From the NCBI RefSeq assembly GCF_018977255.1, contig NW_024704743.1, forward strand, positions 77,130,001 to 77,194,000: a stretch of 64,000 bases of DNA. Reading direction: 5' to 3'. Below the pieces are notes generated by a model. It saw nothing but the letters and a program-made list of their open reading frames with translations, was not told the DNA's origin and did no database searches. The DNA comes from Callorhinchus milii (lineage: Eukaryota). Positions 12,765-24,562 of this stretch are shown in pieces. The position numbers and the translations under genes were made by a program. How positions within the stretch are numbered: the stretch's first letter is position 1; each line of letters opens with the position of its first letter.

Positions 12765-13100
12765 TAGTCCATGGCTGGATATCCTGTGCAATACCTTAAT
12801 TGTACCTCAACTACTAAGCTACCTGATGTCAGTTGAGGTATCTACATTAATGTAGAGCTACAACTACCTTGGGTTAGGGAAGAAAAAAACAGCCATGGTT
12901 CTCTAGTAAATAATCACCATCCTGTGCTGGAAGGCATACAGATGTCAGAATCAGGTGAAGCACGATTGAGTGTGACTGTGATAGCTTTCCCAGAGTTGAA
13001 TAGTCAAAGGTTCACAAGTGAAGAATAGTCACTTTAGAAAGGTACACTAAGCTTGATTCAGATCCCTTTGAATAGGAATAGAAAGATGTGAGGAGAAAAA
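12765..13100 (+). mobile_element. Ancient SINE, AmnSINE2-like
   Basis: GGGTTAGGGAAGAAAAAAACAGCC...GTGCTGGAAG...GAAGAATAGTCACTT pattern shared with 7800-8170. Confidence 0.45.
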
Positions 13101-15402
13101 TACATCTCTGATTTAGGTCCTCCATTCATAGTCTCCAGCATGTAACACTTGTACCAATGCAAATGGGGAGAAATTCCACTTGGGTCTAAAATTGTTCCAC
13201 TTATGCACTCTCTTAGATCACCTAGAACCTGGCAATTTTTTAATTCAGCCTTAACTTCTTAAAAGAAAGTTAAAGAAAAATGGCTTCAAAATCAAGATTG
13301 TATTGGAGAATTTGCCTAATTCTGATACTCTAAAATATTGCATAACTAAAGTAAATCTAAACCAAGGTGGAAATTTCTCCCCAATTATTTCCATGAATTT
13401 CCTCCATTGGTACATTTATTTGTGTTTCAGTCACTGGAAAAGCCTGCTCAGAAAGCTCCCTGACCTCTGAGGTCATGTTGATGGTCAAAGACACTGACCT
13501 GTGAGTTTATCATGACCATCAACATAAGTTAACGTAAACCATATTGCTTTTGGAAACAATTTGATTTTTATTTCTCCCATCGTTGTTAATTTTCAGTACC
13601 TTATTGCTGTCCGGCACTTAAAATATAAACCTTTCCAGTGACTGTCACCAGGTTATTCAATTACAGGGAGCTTCACAGTCAAAACTGATTCTGTCCTCAC
13701 CCAGTATCTACATATAACACCAACAAAGTTACTGTACTAAGTGCTCTGAGATGGTACCTTACATGAAGGATCTGTATACACATTGTACACAAATACACAA
13801 GATATACATATACCCAACTCAAGTGTGTAAGTGGGACCATGTCAAATAAGTAAAGAATTCACCCACAAAACACTCAGTCACTACAGTTTATGATATATCC
13901 TGTGAAGCACTTTGAGATGTCCTACCAACATGAAAGGCACTATACCAAATGTAAGCATTATTGTATGTACAATTTAGAGCCTAAACTATTCAGTTGACTA
14001 GAATCAGCTTGTGTCAGATATTGAAAAGTTCCACTTTGGAATTATTTATTATTTTATTGTTTGTTTTACAATTTAACATTTGCTAGCTTTTGTTCCACAA
14101 TAAAATAAAGATAAACATCTTTTATTTCTGTGCAAATCATTAAACGTAGTATCACAGTACATTTGCTTTTTGGAAGGCTTCATTAACATACAAACAGTAA
14201 TCCATCAGTATATAGTAACTAATGCAAACTTATTTTTATTCAAAAACCCAGTTTATTTAAAACTATTAGCTATTTTAGACAGAATAATTAGCAATGGATT
14301 ATTGTGGAGCTCACAATTTGGTGAAAAACTTTACATATAACTCTACATCCCTCATCCAATAAATTTTTACTAGTGATTGAGCAATACAGATATCTACAAC
14401 AATCACTTGCATTTCTACAACAGCCTTCACACTGGTAGCATCTCAGAGAATTCAATAGTCTTCCCATATTTAAGATTGCAAAAAACAATTACTTCTCAGT
14501 TCTTGTAAGAATTTAAATAAAATCATAATTATTCTGGCTTTTAAAGTTCTCAAGATATTGATACATTTTATGTCACCTTTAGTTACTGTATATAATTAAT
14601 TAATATAAAATGTATCAATATCCTAAATGAAGTGTATAACTTTACAAAAAATATGTGGTAGGTTAGAGGAGACCCAGTTACCATTCTTTCAACAACATCA
14701 ACTTGCATTTACATAGCGCCTTTCACGCGGTTTGGTGTCCCAGAGAGTTTCAAGTGAAGTCTGAAAGTGTCCATTAAGCACCTTAAAGTTCACTAAGCAA
14801 TAAAATCTATATGGGGAAAATGTCAGAGAATGCCCTTAAGATGTTTTAAACTCTTTGGCTTAGTATAGCATATGAATAAAGGCAATTCGGCCCATCAACT
14901 CACTCGTTCTAGTCAGGCAAAACCTACCCTATCAATCCCTCCCACGCTTCCTGCTGGAAAGTTTTAATTAGATACTTCCTAAGTTTTATTTCATGTTATT
15001 TTGAATGTGTACCTATTACTGAATACTTGAATACAGTAGCAATCTCAAGCACATACTTATCCAGTTCTGTTTTGAAGAAGTTAGTCTCACATAATCAATT
15101 ATTTTTGTTGGACGTCTGTTCCTCATATCCACTAATCTATGACAAGTGTAATCTTTAGCCATGTTTGAGGAATGTTGATTTATAGTTATAGTTTTGTGCT
15201 CATGATTGAAGTCAAACAGCGTGATTATCAACTATGCCGCCTATTATTTTGAAGAACTACAATATGTTCCCTTTCAATCTTTATTTTATTAATGTACCTA
15301 AGTTCTGCTTTATTTATTTCTTCCAGTAACTTAAACCCTTAAATTCCAGAATCATCTGTATTGTTCTTCTCTGAGCTCTCTTCAACATTTCAATTCCATT
15401 TA

Positions 15403-16240
15403 AACAACAACAAAATTACATTTGTATAGCACCTTTCACGTCGGGAGGACGTCCCAAGGCTCTGGACAATCAGTGTTTCGGACCCGAGCTGAGGGTTGGG
15501 ATCAGGGATTATGGAGGGCAGAGGGGGGGAAAGAAAGGTGACCAAAGGCACGGTCGAAGAGGAGGGTCTTGAAATAGGTCTTGAAGGAGGCAAGGGAGGG
15601 GGTGAGGTGGAAGTACAGCGGGATGGAGTTTCAAAGGGTGGAGCAGAGTGGCAGAAGGCCCGCCGCCAATGGGGGCTGAGCGAGGCAGAGGATGTGAAGC
15701 AGGCCGGAGTCCGCTGAGCAGAGGGAGTGGGCAGATTGGTGCAGGGATTAGAAGGTTATTGATGCGGGGGGGGAGCAAGGCCATGGAGGGCTTTGAAGGT
15801 GATGACCAGGTGAGGACTGTATCCTCTGTGTGATGGGATGACAGTGCAGAGCAGTCAGGGATTTCGACCTAAGCCGGGGGGTTGGTATCAGGGAACGTGG
15901 AGGACAGGGAGGAAAGGAGGGTGGCCAAGGCACATTCAAAGAGGAGGGTCTTGAGACATGGCTTGAAGGAGGCAAGGGAGGGAAGGATGGGGGTGATAGG
16001 GTCGCAGAGCCTGGTGTGGGAGAGGACACGGGCTGCAGAGTTCTGGATGATCTGCAGCCTATGGAGGGAGGAGTTGTGGAGGCCGACAAGCAGGGAGTTT
16101 GCATAGTGAAGCCTGGATATTAAGAATTTGTGGTATGAGGGTCTCTGTGGCCTGTGGTGTGAGACAGTGGTGAAGTCGAGAGATGTTGCGGAGGTGTGGG
16201 AAGGCAGAGCGGGACATTCAAAGTTAGAGACCGACACTGC
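15403..16240 (-). mobile_element. L2 LINE 3' fragment (about 840 bp) with an internal 135-bp insertion
   Basis: Minus strand encodes ISRLHYANSLLVGL...LHRLQIIQNSAARVLSHTR (L2 ORF2); L2 tail and (CAA)n at the left end. Confidence 0.85.
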
Positions 16241-16444
16241 ACAGAATATGCTAAGAACATCCTGTTCTCCTTTTCACCTCTGTTAACAGGTAACCCTTGT
16301 TGCTGTAAGCAAGACAATATCAGAGTCTAAAATACGGGCTGGGCTAATACTTACTTGGCAAATATATAAATTTATTATATGTTAATTACATTAATTATGT
16401 AATTAAACTCCAACAAAAATGGTTACAACTGATTGTGTAATTTT

Positions 16445-16830
16445 ATTATACAATAACATACTAAATTATACTCACAGAGCCCCTTTCACATCGGGAAGAT
16501 GTCTCAAGGCCCTGAGCAGTCAGGGATTTCGACCTAAGCCGGGGGGTTGGTATCAGGGAACGTGGAGGACAGGGAGGAAAGGAGGGTGGCCAAGGCACAT
16601 TCAAAGAGGAGGGTCTTGAGACATGGCTTGAAGGAGGCAAGGGAGGGAGCGAGGTGAAGGGACTGAGTGATGGAGTTCCAAAGGGTAGGGGCAGAGAAGC
16701 TGAAGGCCCGACCATCAATGGTGGGGCGGGCTGGGTAGGGGATGTGGAGCAGGCCACCAATTCCTGAGTGGAGGTAGTGGACAGGTTGATATGGGGTTAT
16801 CAGATCATAGAGGTAGGAAGGAGCAAGGCT
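16445..16830 (-). mobile_element. L2 LINE 3' fragment
   Basis: Same ORF2 end and 3' UTR pattern as 15403-15850. Confidence 0.8.
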
Positions 16831-17331
16831 GTGTATTTATTAATTATTAATTATTAATAATCACATAATAATTCTGACTATATTAGTTATCACATAAGAA
16901 ATGGCAACTGTATACATTAGGAGATGGTTGAACGATGGCTGCTAGAAATTTGCATTTTAGATCCTATTGTTTCAAATAATATTGTACTTATTTCCAAGAT
17001 TTTTACCAATGTACAATGGTAACTTTCTGATTATACTTATGGAATGAAATAGTAAAATAATTGCCTGAAATCTAATTTGATGAATGGGCTCATATCTTTG
17101 GAATTTCCTATTTGATTACAATAGAATCCATTTTTCACAACTCTTCGTCTACTTTTCCATACAGTGACTTAATTCTTATCGGTAATGAGAACTTTGGTAA
17201 CATCATTCACACCAGGTAATGAGAATTTAATGACATCAGTGGAATATATGCATTGTGGCCATGCTTAGACTAATTGTCTAAAATACTTAGCTATATTATA
17301 TGGGATGATTTCCCTTTCAAGATTACATATT

Positions 17332-17635
17332 AATAATAATTATAATCCTTACATTTGGTATAGTGCCTTTCACGTAAGGAGGATTTCCCAACTTGCTTCA
17401 TGGAATATACTGTAAAATGCAGTGACTATGTGTTTTGTGGGTGAATGCGACAGCCAATTTATGCACATTAGTATAGCACAAACAGCCATGAAGTGAATGA
17501 CCTGTTTTGTTTGTCAGATTGTTGGCCAGGGCACTGGGAGAAAACAGGACATCATCTCTTTTCGAATTATGCCTTGGGATTTTTAATGTCCAGGCAGGTG
17601 GGACATAGGTTCAAAGTCTCATCAGAAGGACGGAA
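17332..17635 (-). mobile_element. Older SINE 3' half (Deu core plus L2-type tail)
   Basis: (TAA)n tail, TCCTTACATTTGGTATAGTGCCTTTCACG, then the reverse of the Deu core. Confidence 0.6.
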
Positions 17636-17842
17636 AGATTAGTGCATTAAGGATAGCTATTTGGCAAAGAAATAGGTATCTAATAACATGCTAAATGTAT
17701 ATCAATGATTGGCATTAAATTGCATAACTCTCCATTATGCCTTCCATTTCATTATCCATACTATAATCCAACTACATCTAGCAACAACTATATTACATCC
17801 ATCTAAACACAGCCAACAAGATTCATATCACCAGGTCTATAA

Positions 17843-18590
17843 TGTGTCCAGCTGACTCAGCTGGTAGCACTCTTGCATCTGAGTCAGACGATTCTGGGTT
17901 CAAGCCAGATCTGGGAACTCATGCAGTCTAGGCTGACACTCGAATGCAGTGCTGTTTTGTTGGAGGTGCCATCCATCCTTTGGGTGAGATGTTAAAACTG
18001 AGGCCTACCTGCCTGTTCAAGTAGATGCTAAAGATCTCGTGTGACTATTCAAAAACAGAATGGAGATTACCTTGGCAAACAATCCTCCAAATGAAATTAG
18101 TTATTCACTTCATGGCTGTTTATGGGACTTTGCTATGGGCAAATTGGCTGCCATGTTCCCCTACAAAAAAAAGTCACTACACTTCCAAGTAAAAATCATT
18201 TAATAATCCTTGCATTTGATATAGCGCTTCTCACGTCGGGAGGACGTCCCAAAGCGCTTCACAGAACACACTGTGAAGTGAATTGACTGTATATTTGTGG
18301 GCGAACGCGGCAGCCAATTGCGCACAGCAATGTCCCACAAACAGTCGTAGATTGAAAATGACCAATTTTTTTTTATTATTGTTTTTTTTTTGGAGGGATT
18401 ATTATTAGGCGTGTGGAGTAAGGAAACTTGCCCAAGGTTTCGCCCTCTGCCTGGAATTGAACTCAGGTCTCTCACTTGCAAAGCGAGTGCTCTAACCACT
18501 GAGCTACAGGACTCCACAAAGGCACTTTTTGAGGCACTTTGAGATGTCCTCTCAACGTAAAAGGTCCTATAACAAATGTTTGTATTACTT
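17843..18590 (+). mobile_element. Deu-domain SINE interrupted by a younger SINE
   Basis: Head GACTCAGCTGGTAGCACTCTTGCATCTGAGTCAG...GGGTTCAAGCC, core to about 18195, tail resumes at about 18520. Confidence 0.7.
18201..18515 (-). mobile_element. Young tRNA-Ala-derived SINE, short subfamily, full length
   Basis: Head GGAGTCCTGTAGCTCAGTGGTTAGAGC (A box), anticodon arm CTCGC-TTTGCAA-GTGAG (TGC), B box GAGTTCAATTCC, L2-type hairpin tail and (TTA)n. Near-identical copies elsewhere in the window. Confidence 0.9.
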
Positions 18591-19579
18591 TACACCACAC
18601 CATACCAAATCAGTGCAACTCAGATTGTTTTAAGAATGTAAGAACATAGGAATGTACAGAACAGGACTGGAAAAGATCATTGGGGTCCATCTATCGAGTT
18701 GCAAAATACAGAAAAATCTACACTCCTCCAACTCCCATACACTTTAACTGATTTCTTTGCCAAATAGCTATCTAATAATCCCTTTAATTTATTGACACAA
18801 TCTGTAAATGTGTAGTCCATCGCACACATTCTCCACCATGTGTCTAAACTGCTTAAATCGGAACTGTCTGTTTACCTCCCCTCTTTCAGACTTAAGACCG
18901 CGATACGGCATTGTTAAGTTTCTGATCCTGTCATATAGATTATATCTTTTTCTTCCTTCTCTGTCCTGCTCCATAATGTACAGCCCTAGTTCTCACATTA
19001 GCCAACTATTCAGATTAGTTTATTAGGTATAATCCAAGTTTAAGGGCTCTCCCAACAGTATAAGAATTGAAATTGTAAGTGCATATGATATGTTGTACCA
19101 TTCATTACAATGGGCAAAAAATACAACCCTTTGATAATTCTAGAATGAAAAATCATGTCAGTGTATGAAGGTAAGGGGAGGGGAGGTATCGTCTTCAGAC
19201 CCCACTTATAGGCATTACCTCTCGTACATCCACTGTAGAATGTCCTGCAACTTTTCATTCAAGTTAGCAAATTTAATTAAAGCTGACTCTCTGCTGAAGG
19301 CTAAAGTCAGACTGGAAAAATTTACAACAAATACTTAAAATATTAACTCAATGGGAATCTTTTACTTTATCAGATTAAAAATAATCGTTGCAATTGATAT
19401 TAATATCTTTCACAGCAGGAGGACATCTCAGAGTGCTTCACAGGATTTACTATCATGTGTATTGACTGTGGAATTTTGTAAGCAAACACAGTAACCAATT
19501 TGCACACAGTAGTGCTCCACAAACAGCCATGAAGTGAATCACCAACTTTATCCTGGAAATTGTTGTATAAGAAACCAGT

Positions 19580-19945
19580 GGAGTCATGTAGCTCACTGGT
19601 TAGAGCGCTCACCTAGCAAGTGAGAGACCTGGGTTCTATTTCCGGCAGGGCAAAATGTTGGGCAAGTTTCCTTACTCCACACACCTCTGTTTACCTAGTA
19701 AGTCAGAACCGGGTTGTTAGTCGATTGGCGGATTGCTTTTCCGGGGATAATAATCCCTCAAAATAAAATAATAATTTGGTCACTTCAATCCACGACTGTT
19801 TGTGGGTCACTACTTGTGTGCAATTGGCTGCTGAATTTTGCTCACAAATATACAATCAATTCACTTTACAGTATATTCTGTGAAGCGCTATGAGACATCT
19901 AGAAGACATGAAAAACGTTATATCAAATGCAAGGATTATTATTAT
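19580..19945 (+). mobile_element. tRNA-derived SINE, long subfamily
   Basis: Same head and tail as 18201-18515 plus about 60 extra internal nt. Confidence 0.85.
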
Positions 19946-21597
19946 GACTAAGACACCTCTGCTGTCAATGGCAACAACTGAGGCATATGGATAGATAAAA
20001 GGGGACAGATAAATACGTAGGAAGTAGATGTATCAAGGGAAACGGAGAAAAGGCAGGGTCATGGAATTGAAATAACTGCTATGATGTAATAAACTGGTGG
20101 AACAAGCTCAATGGGTCTCCTCCTGTTCCTGTCTGTTTTAAATAATCAGGACAGAAACCTAACTTTTTGTGCAAGCAATAACACCATCATTAAATGAGGT
20201 GGCAAGGAGCTTCTGTGAAATAAGGATTTCAAATTCAAACCAAGAAAGTTACGCTCAGTCTTCACCAGGACTCAAAGTAATATCGGTCAAGATGCTTCAA
20301 TGCGTACGTGGCTATTACTAGAAAGCATTTGCTACCCGACTAAGCAGATAGCTGCTCCATATTACACACAGGCTCTGCACTGACAGCACAGGCGTCTGCT
20401 ACTGATCCCTTTCAAGTTATCATTATCTACTAAAACTCTAAGTACTAAATGTACAGACTGAAGGCACCACAGCAGGCATAAGCTAGACTGTTCTGTTCAG
20501 CAGAATGGAAAGTTTAAGAGGGTTACCGTGAAAGAGATATGTTTATTCCTTGTACACATTGGCAGTCGTTGGACGCACTTTTATGTGATGTCTTAACAAA
20601 TTAAAGACCTCTGACAACACTTGTATGTTAATCTAATTTTCTAAGTTACTTACTGGCCTTAAAACAAAATGAAAGCCTATTGATGTTGCTGCCATAAATT
20701 ATTAATTGTGGATGTAATGCAAAGGATCTATCATCATTAGATTAGAGCATCACAGGACTCCGAAGTTCATTATGGGCCTTTTAACATCCTCTCTGTCTCT
20801 CATGTTTCCTGATTCATCCTAGTTAGTATATAGAAAAAAAAAGGATTCTAATCCCTTGTGGCAGCTGTTCCAGAAAGGGCATGTAGACCTGGTCAAAGTG
20901 ACATAATAGATCATTTGTAACGTTCTTTATTCATGTCTCACCGTACTCTGGCATCAGCTGAGAAGAGTATAAACTAAAATTATAGTCCAGATAATTCTTT
21001 GTGATTAGAATGTTTTTAACTGAATTTTCAGGTGCGCAATAGAGAAGGAAATAAAAAAGAAAAAATGAGAAAAGAAACAAAGGAGGACCACCCTTCCTCT
21101 CCCAAGTAATATTTGAAAACTGATGTAATATAAATCCATATAGAGAGGATTTCATTGTCCAATAACATAACAATACCACATGAAGGAGTGGAGAACAGGA
21201 GATTGCCGTGCACAGAGCATTCCAGAAACTCATCATCCGTGGTGATTCTTGTGGTGGTGCTCTTGCTGACTTCAAATCCTGGCAAAAGAAATCACTTTTG
21301 CCTTTTAACCAGAAAGAAATCTGTCCAAAGACAGCTATCTCCAAATCTCCCGATACCGAATATGATTTTGCAACTTCTCCAGCTGTATAACATTATTTTG
21401 TGTGCGATCTGAACATCCTTGACTTAAGGTCAGTACTGAAGCCAAGTCATATGTGTAGTAATTTATATCAAGTTGAAAAAATAGTATATTGAATTGTTTC
21501 AAAATGGTAGATGTTAAAAGAGGAAAATCCGGGGCATTCATCAATATCTTCCACTCACCTCTGTTGTCTTTACAGCTTTTAAATTTGCAGCCAGACA

Positions 21598-23725
21598 TCT
21601 CCCCCTGTGACATCACAGTGTTCTCCCCTGTGACATCACAGTGTTCTCCCCTGTGACATCACAGTGTTCTCCCCTGTGACATCACAGTGTTCTCCCCTGT
21701 GACATCACAGTGTTCTCCCCTGTGACATCACAGTGTTCTCCCCTGTGACATCACAGTGTTCTCCCCTGTGACATCACAGTGTTCTCCCCTGGACATCACA
21801 GTGTTCTCCCCTGTGACATCACAGTGTTCTCCCCTGTGACATCACAGTGTTCTCCCCTGTGACATCACAGTGTTCTCCGCCATGACATCACGGTGTTCTC
21901 CCCCATGACATCACGGTGTTCTCCCCTGTGACATCACAGTGTTCTCCCCCATGACATCACGGTGTTCTCCCCTGTGACATCACAGTGTTCTCCCCTGTGA
22001 CATCACAGTGTTCTCCGCCATGACATCACGGTGTTCTCCCCCATGACATCACGGTGTTCTCCCCTGTGACATCACAGTGTTCTCCCCCATGACATCACGG
22101 TGTTCTCCCCTGTGACATCACAGTGTTCTCTGCAATGACATCACGGTGTTCTCCCCTGTGACATCACGCTGTTCTCCCCTGTGACATTGCGGTGTTCTCC
22201 CCTGTGACATCACAGTGTTCTCCCCTGTGACATCACAGTGTTCTCCGCCATGACATCACGGTGTTCTCCCCATGACATCACGGTGTTCTCCCCTGTGACA
22301 TCACAGTGTTCTCCCCCATGACATCACGGTGTTCTCCCCTGTGACATCACGCTGTTCTCCCCTGTGACATTGCGGTGTTCTCCCCTGTGACATCACAGTG
22401 TTCTCCCCTGTGACATCACGGTGTTCTCCCCCGTGACATCACGCTGTTCTCCCCGTGATATCATGCTGTTCTCCCCTGTGACATCACGCCGTTCTCCCAC
22501 GTGACATTGCGGTGTTCTCCCCTGTGACATCACGGTGTTCTCTCCTGTGACATCACAGTGTTCTCCCCTGTGACATCACGGTATTCTTCCCTGTGACATC
22601 ACAGTGTTCACCCCCTGTGGCATCACAACATTCTCTCCTTGTGACATCACTGTGTTTCCCCCCAACCCGTGACATCACTGTGGTTCCCTCCACCCCGTGA
22701 CATCACTGTGTTTCCCTCCACCCCGTGACATCACTGTGTTTCCCCCAAAACCGTGACATCACTGTGTTTCCCTCCACCCGTGACATCACTGTGTTTCCCT
22801 CCACCCTGTGACATCACTGTGTTTCCCTCCACCCCGTGACATCACTGTGTTTCCCTCCACCCTGTGACATCACTGTGTTTCCCTCCACCCCGTGACATCA
22901 TTGTGTTTCCCTCCACGCCGTGACATCACTGTGTTTCCCTCCACCCTGTGACATCACTGTGTTTCCCTCCACCCTGTGACATCACTGTGTTTCCCTCCAC
23001 CCTGTGACATCACTGTGTTTCCCTCCACCCCGTGACATCATTGTGTTTCCCTCCACCCCGTGACATCACTGTGTTTCCCTCCACCCTGTGACATCACTGT
23101 GTTTCCCTCCACCCCGTGACATCACTGTGTTTCCCTCCACCCTGTGACATCACTGTGTTTCCCTCCACCCCGTGACATCACTGTGTTTCCCTCCACCCTG
23201 TGACATCACTGTGTTTCCCTCCACCCCGTGACATCACTGTGTTTCCCTCCACCCGTGACATCACTGTGTTTCCCTCCACCCCGTGACATCACTGTGTTTC
23301 CCTCCACCCCGTGACATCACTGTGTTTCCCCCAAAACCGTGACATCACTGTGTTTCCCTCCACCCCGTGACATCACTGTGTTTCCCACCACCCCGTGACA
23401 TCACTGTGGTTCCCTCCACCCAGTGACATCACTGTGTTTCCCTCCACCCCGTGACATCACTGTGTTTCCCTCCACCCCGTGACATCACTGTGTTTCCCCC
23501 AAAACCGTGACATCACTGTGTTTCCCTCCACCCCGTGACATCACTGTGTTTCCCTCCACCCTGTGACATCACTGTGTTTCCCTCCACCCTGTGACATCAC
23601 TGTGTTTCCCTCTACCCCGTGACATCACTGTGTTTCCCTCCACCCCGTGACATCACTGTGTTTCCCTCCACCCCGTGACATCACTGTGGTTCCCCCCCAC
23701 TGTGACATCACAGCGTTCTCCCCGT
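21598..23725 (+). repeat. Two-part minisatellite: 23-bp units then 28-bp units, shared GTGACATCAC core
   Basis: About 21598-22640: (CTCCCCTGTGACATCACAGTGTT)n, roughly 45 units. About 22640-23725: (GTGACATCACTGTGTTTCCCTCCACCCY)n, roughly 38 units. Counts are length divided by unit size. Confidence 0.97.
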
Positions 23726-23880
23726 AACATCATCCACAAACATGGGGCGAGTTCCCACATCTACATAATGACAATGAATCTACTTGTCTACTTCTGCTCT
23801 TCCAGTCCACTGATGTTCTAACCACCTGGCAATCAGACAAGTTCTGGATGAGCTTCACTTCCTTCAGCTCAACTTCTCAG
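23720..23880 (+). mobile_element. Degenerate L2 reverse transcriptase fragment
   Basis: Reads NIIHKHG.., a decayed YADD region, and WMS..FLQLN with frameshifts. Confidence 0.55.
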
Positions 23881-23941
23881 CTAATGCCAACACTTCTTTG
23901 CTCCAGCATCCTCAACCGTGCTTGCCTCTCGATCCAAATCC

Positions 23942-24285
23942 AATCATAGAATCATAGAATATTATTACAGCACAGAAGGATGACATGTGGTCCATGGTAC
24001 CTGTGCCAGCTCTTTGGAAGAACTATCAATCAGTCCCATTTTCCTGCTCTTTCCCTATATTCTATTTATATATATATATATATATAAACGCCTAATAATA
24101 ATCCCTCAAGAAAAAAAACAATAATAAATTTGTCACTTCAATCCATGACTTTGTGGGATGCTGCTGTGCACAATTTGGCTGCCGTGTTTTGCCCACAAAT
24201 ATACAGTTAATTCACTTTACAGTCTATTCTGTGAAGCGCTTTGAGATGTCTAGAAGACGTGAAAAGCGCTATATCAAATGCAAGA

Positions 24286-24318
<33 letters not shown>

Positions 24319-24562
24319 GCAATGTTTCCTCTTTAAGTACCTATCCGATTCTCTTTTGAAAGTTGTTATTGAATCTGTTTCCACCAAGCTTTTAGGCAGT
24401 GCATTCCAGACTATAACAATTCTCTGTGTAAAAACATTCCCCTCATCTCCCCTCTGGTTCCTTTGCCAATTATCTTGAATCTATGTCCCTTGGTTACCGA
24501 CCCACCTGCCAGCAGAAACAGTTTCTCCCTATCTACTATAACAAAACCCATCATAATTTTAT
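23942..24562 (-). mobile_element. CR1 LINE 3' fragment split by a SINE
   Basis: (ATCATAGA)2 terminal repeat at left; minus strand encodes KIMMGFVIVDREKLFLLAGGSVTKGHRFKIIGK (CR1 ORF2 C-terminus). Confidence 0.85.
24088..24318 (+). mobile_element. 5'-truncated SINE with long (TTA)n tail nested in CR1
   Basis: Matches the 3' two-thirds of the young SINE family. Confidence 0.85.

Noticed and set aside
15390..16760. Cluster of overlapping Pro- or Gly-rich ORFs
   Set aside because: Alternative frames of C-rich L2 3' fragments.
20931..21412. Overlapping ORFs in apparently unique sequence, possible exon or transposase remnant
   Set aside because: No recognisable protein motif and no convincing splice pair; BLASTX would be needed.
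21598..23725. CRISPR-like array of palindromic repeats
   Set aside because: Units are contiguous with no unique spacers, there are no cas genes, and the context is a vertebrate genome.
21598..23725. Array of TBX20 autoregulatory T-box sites
   Set aside because: The unit matches AGGTGTGA or GGTGYTGACAG poorly on both strands.
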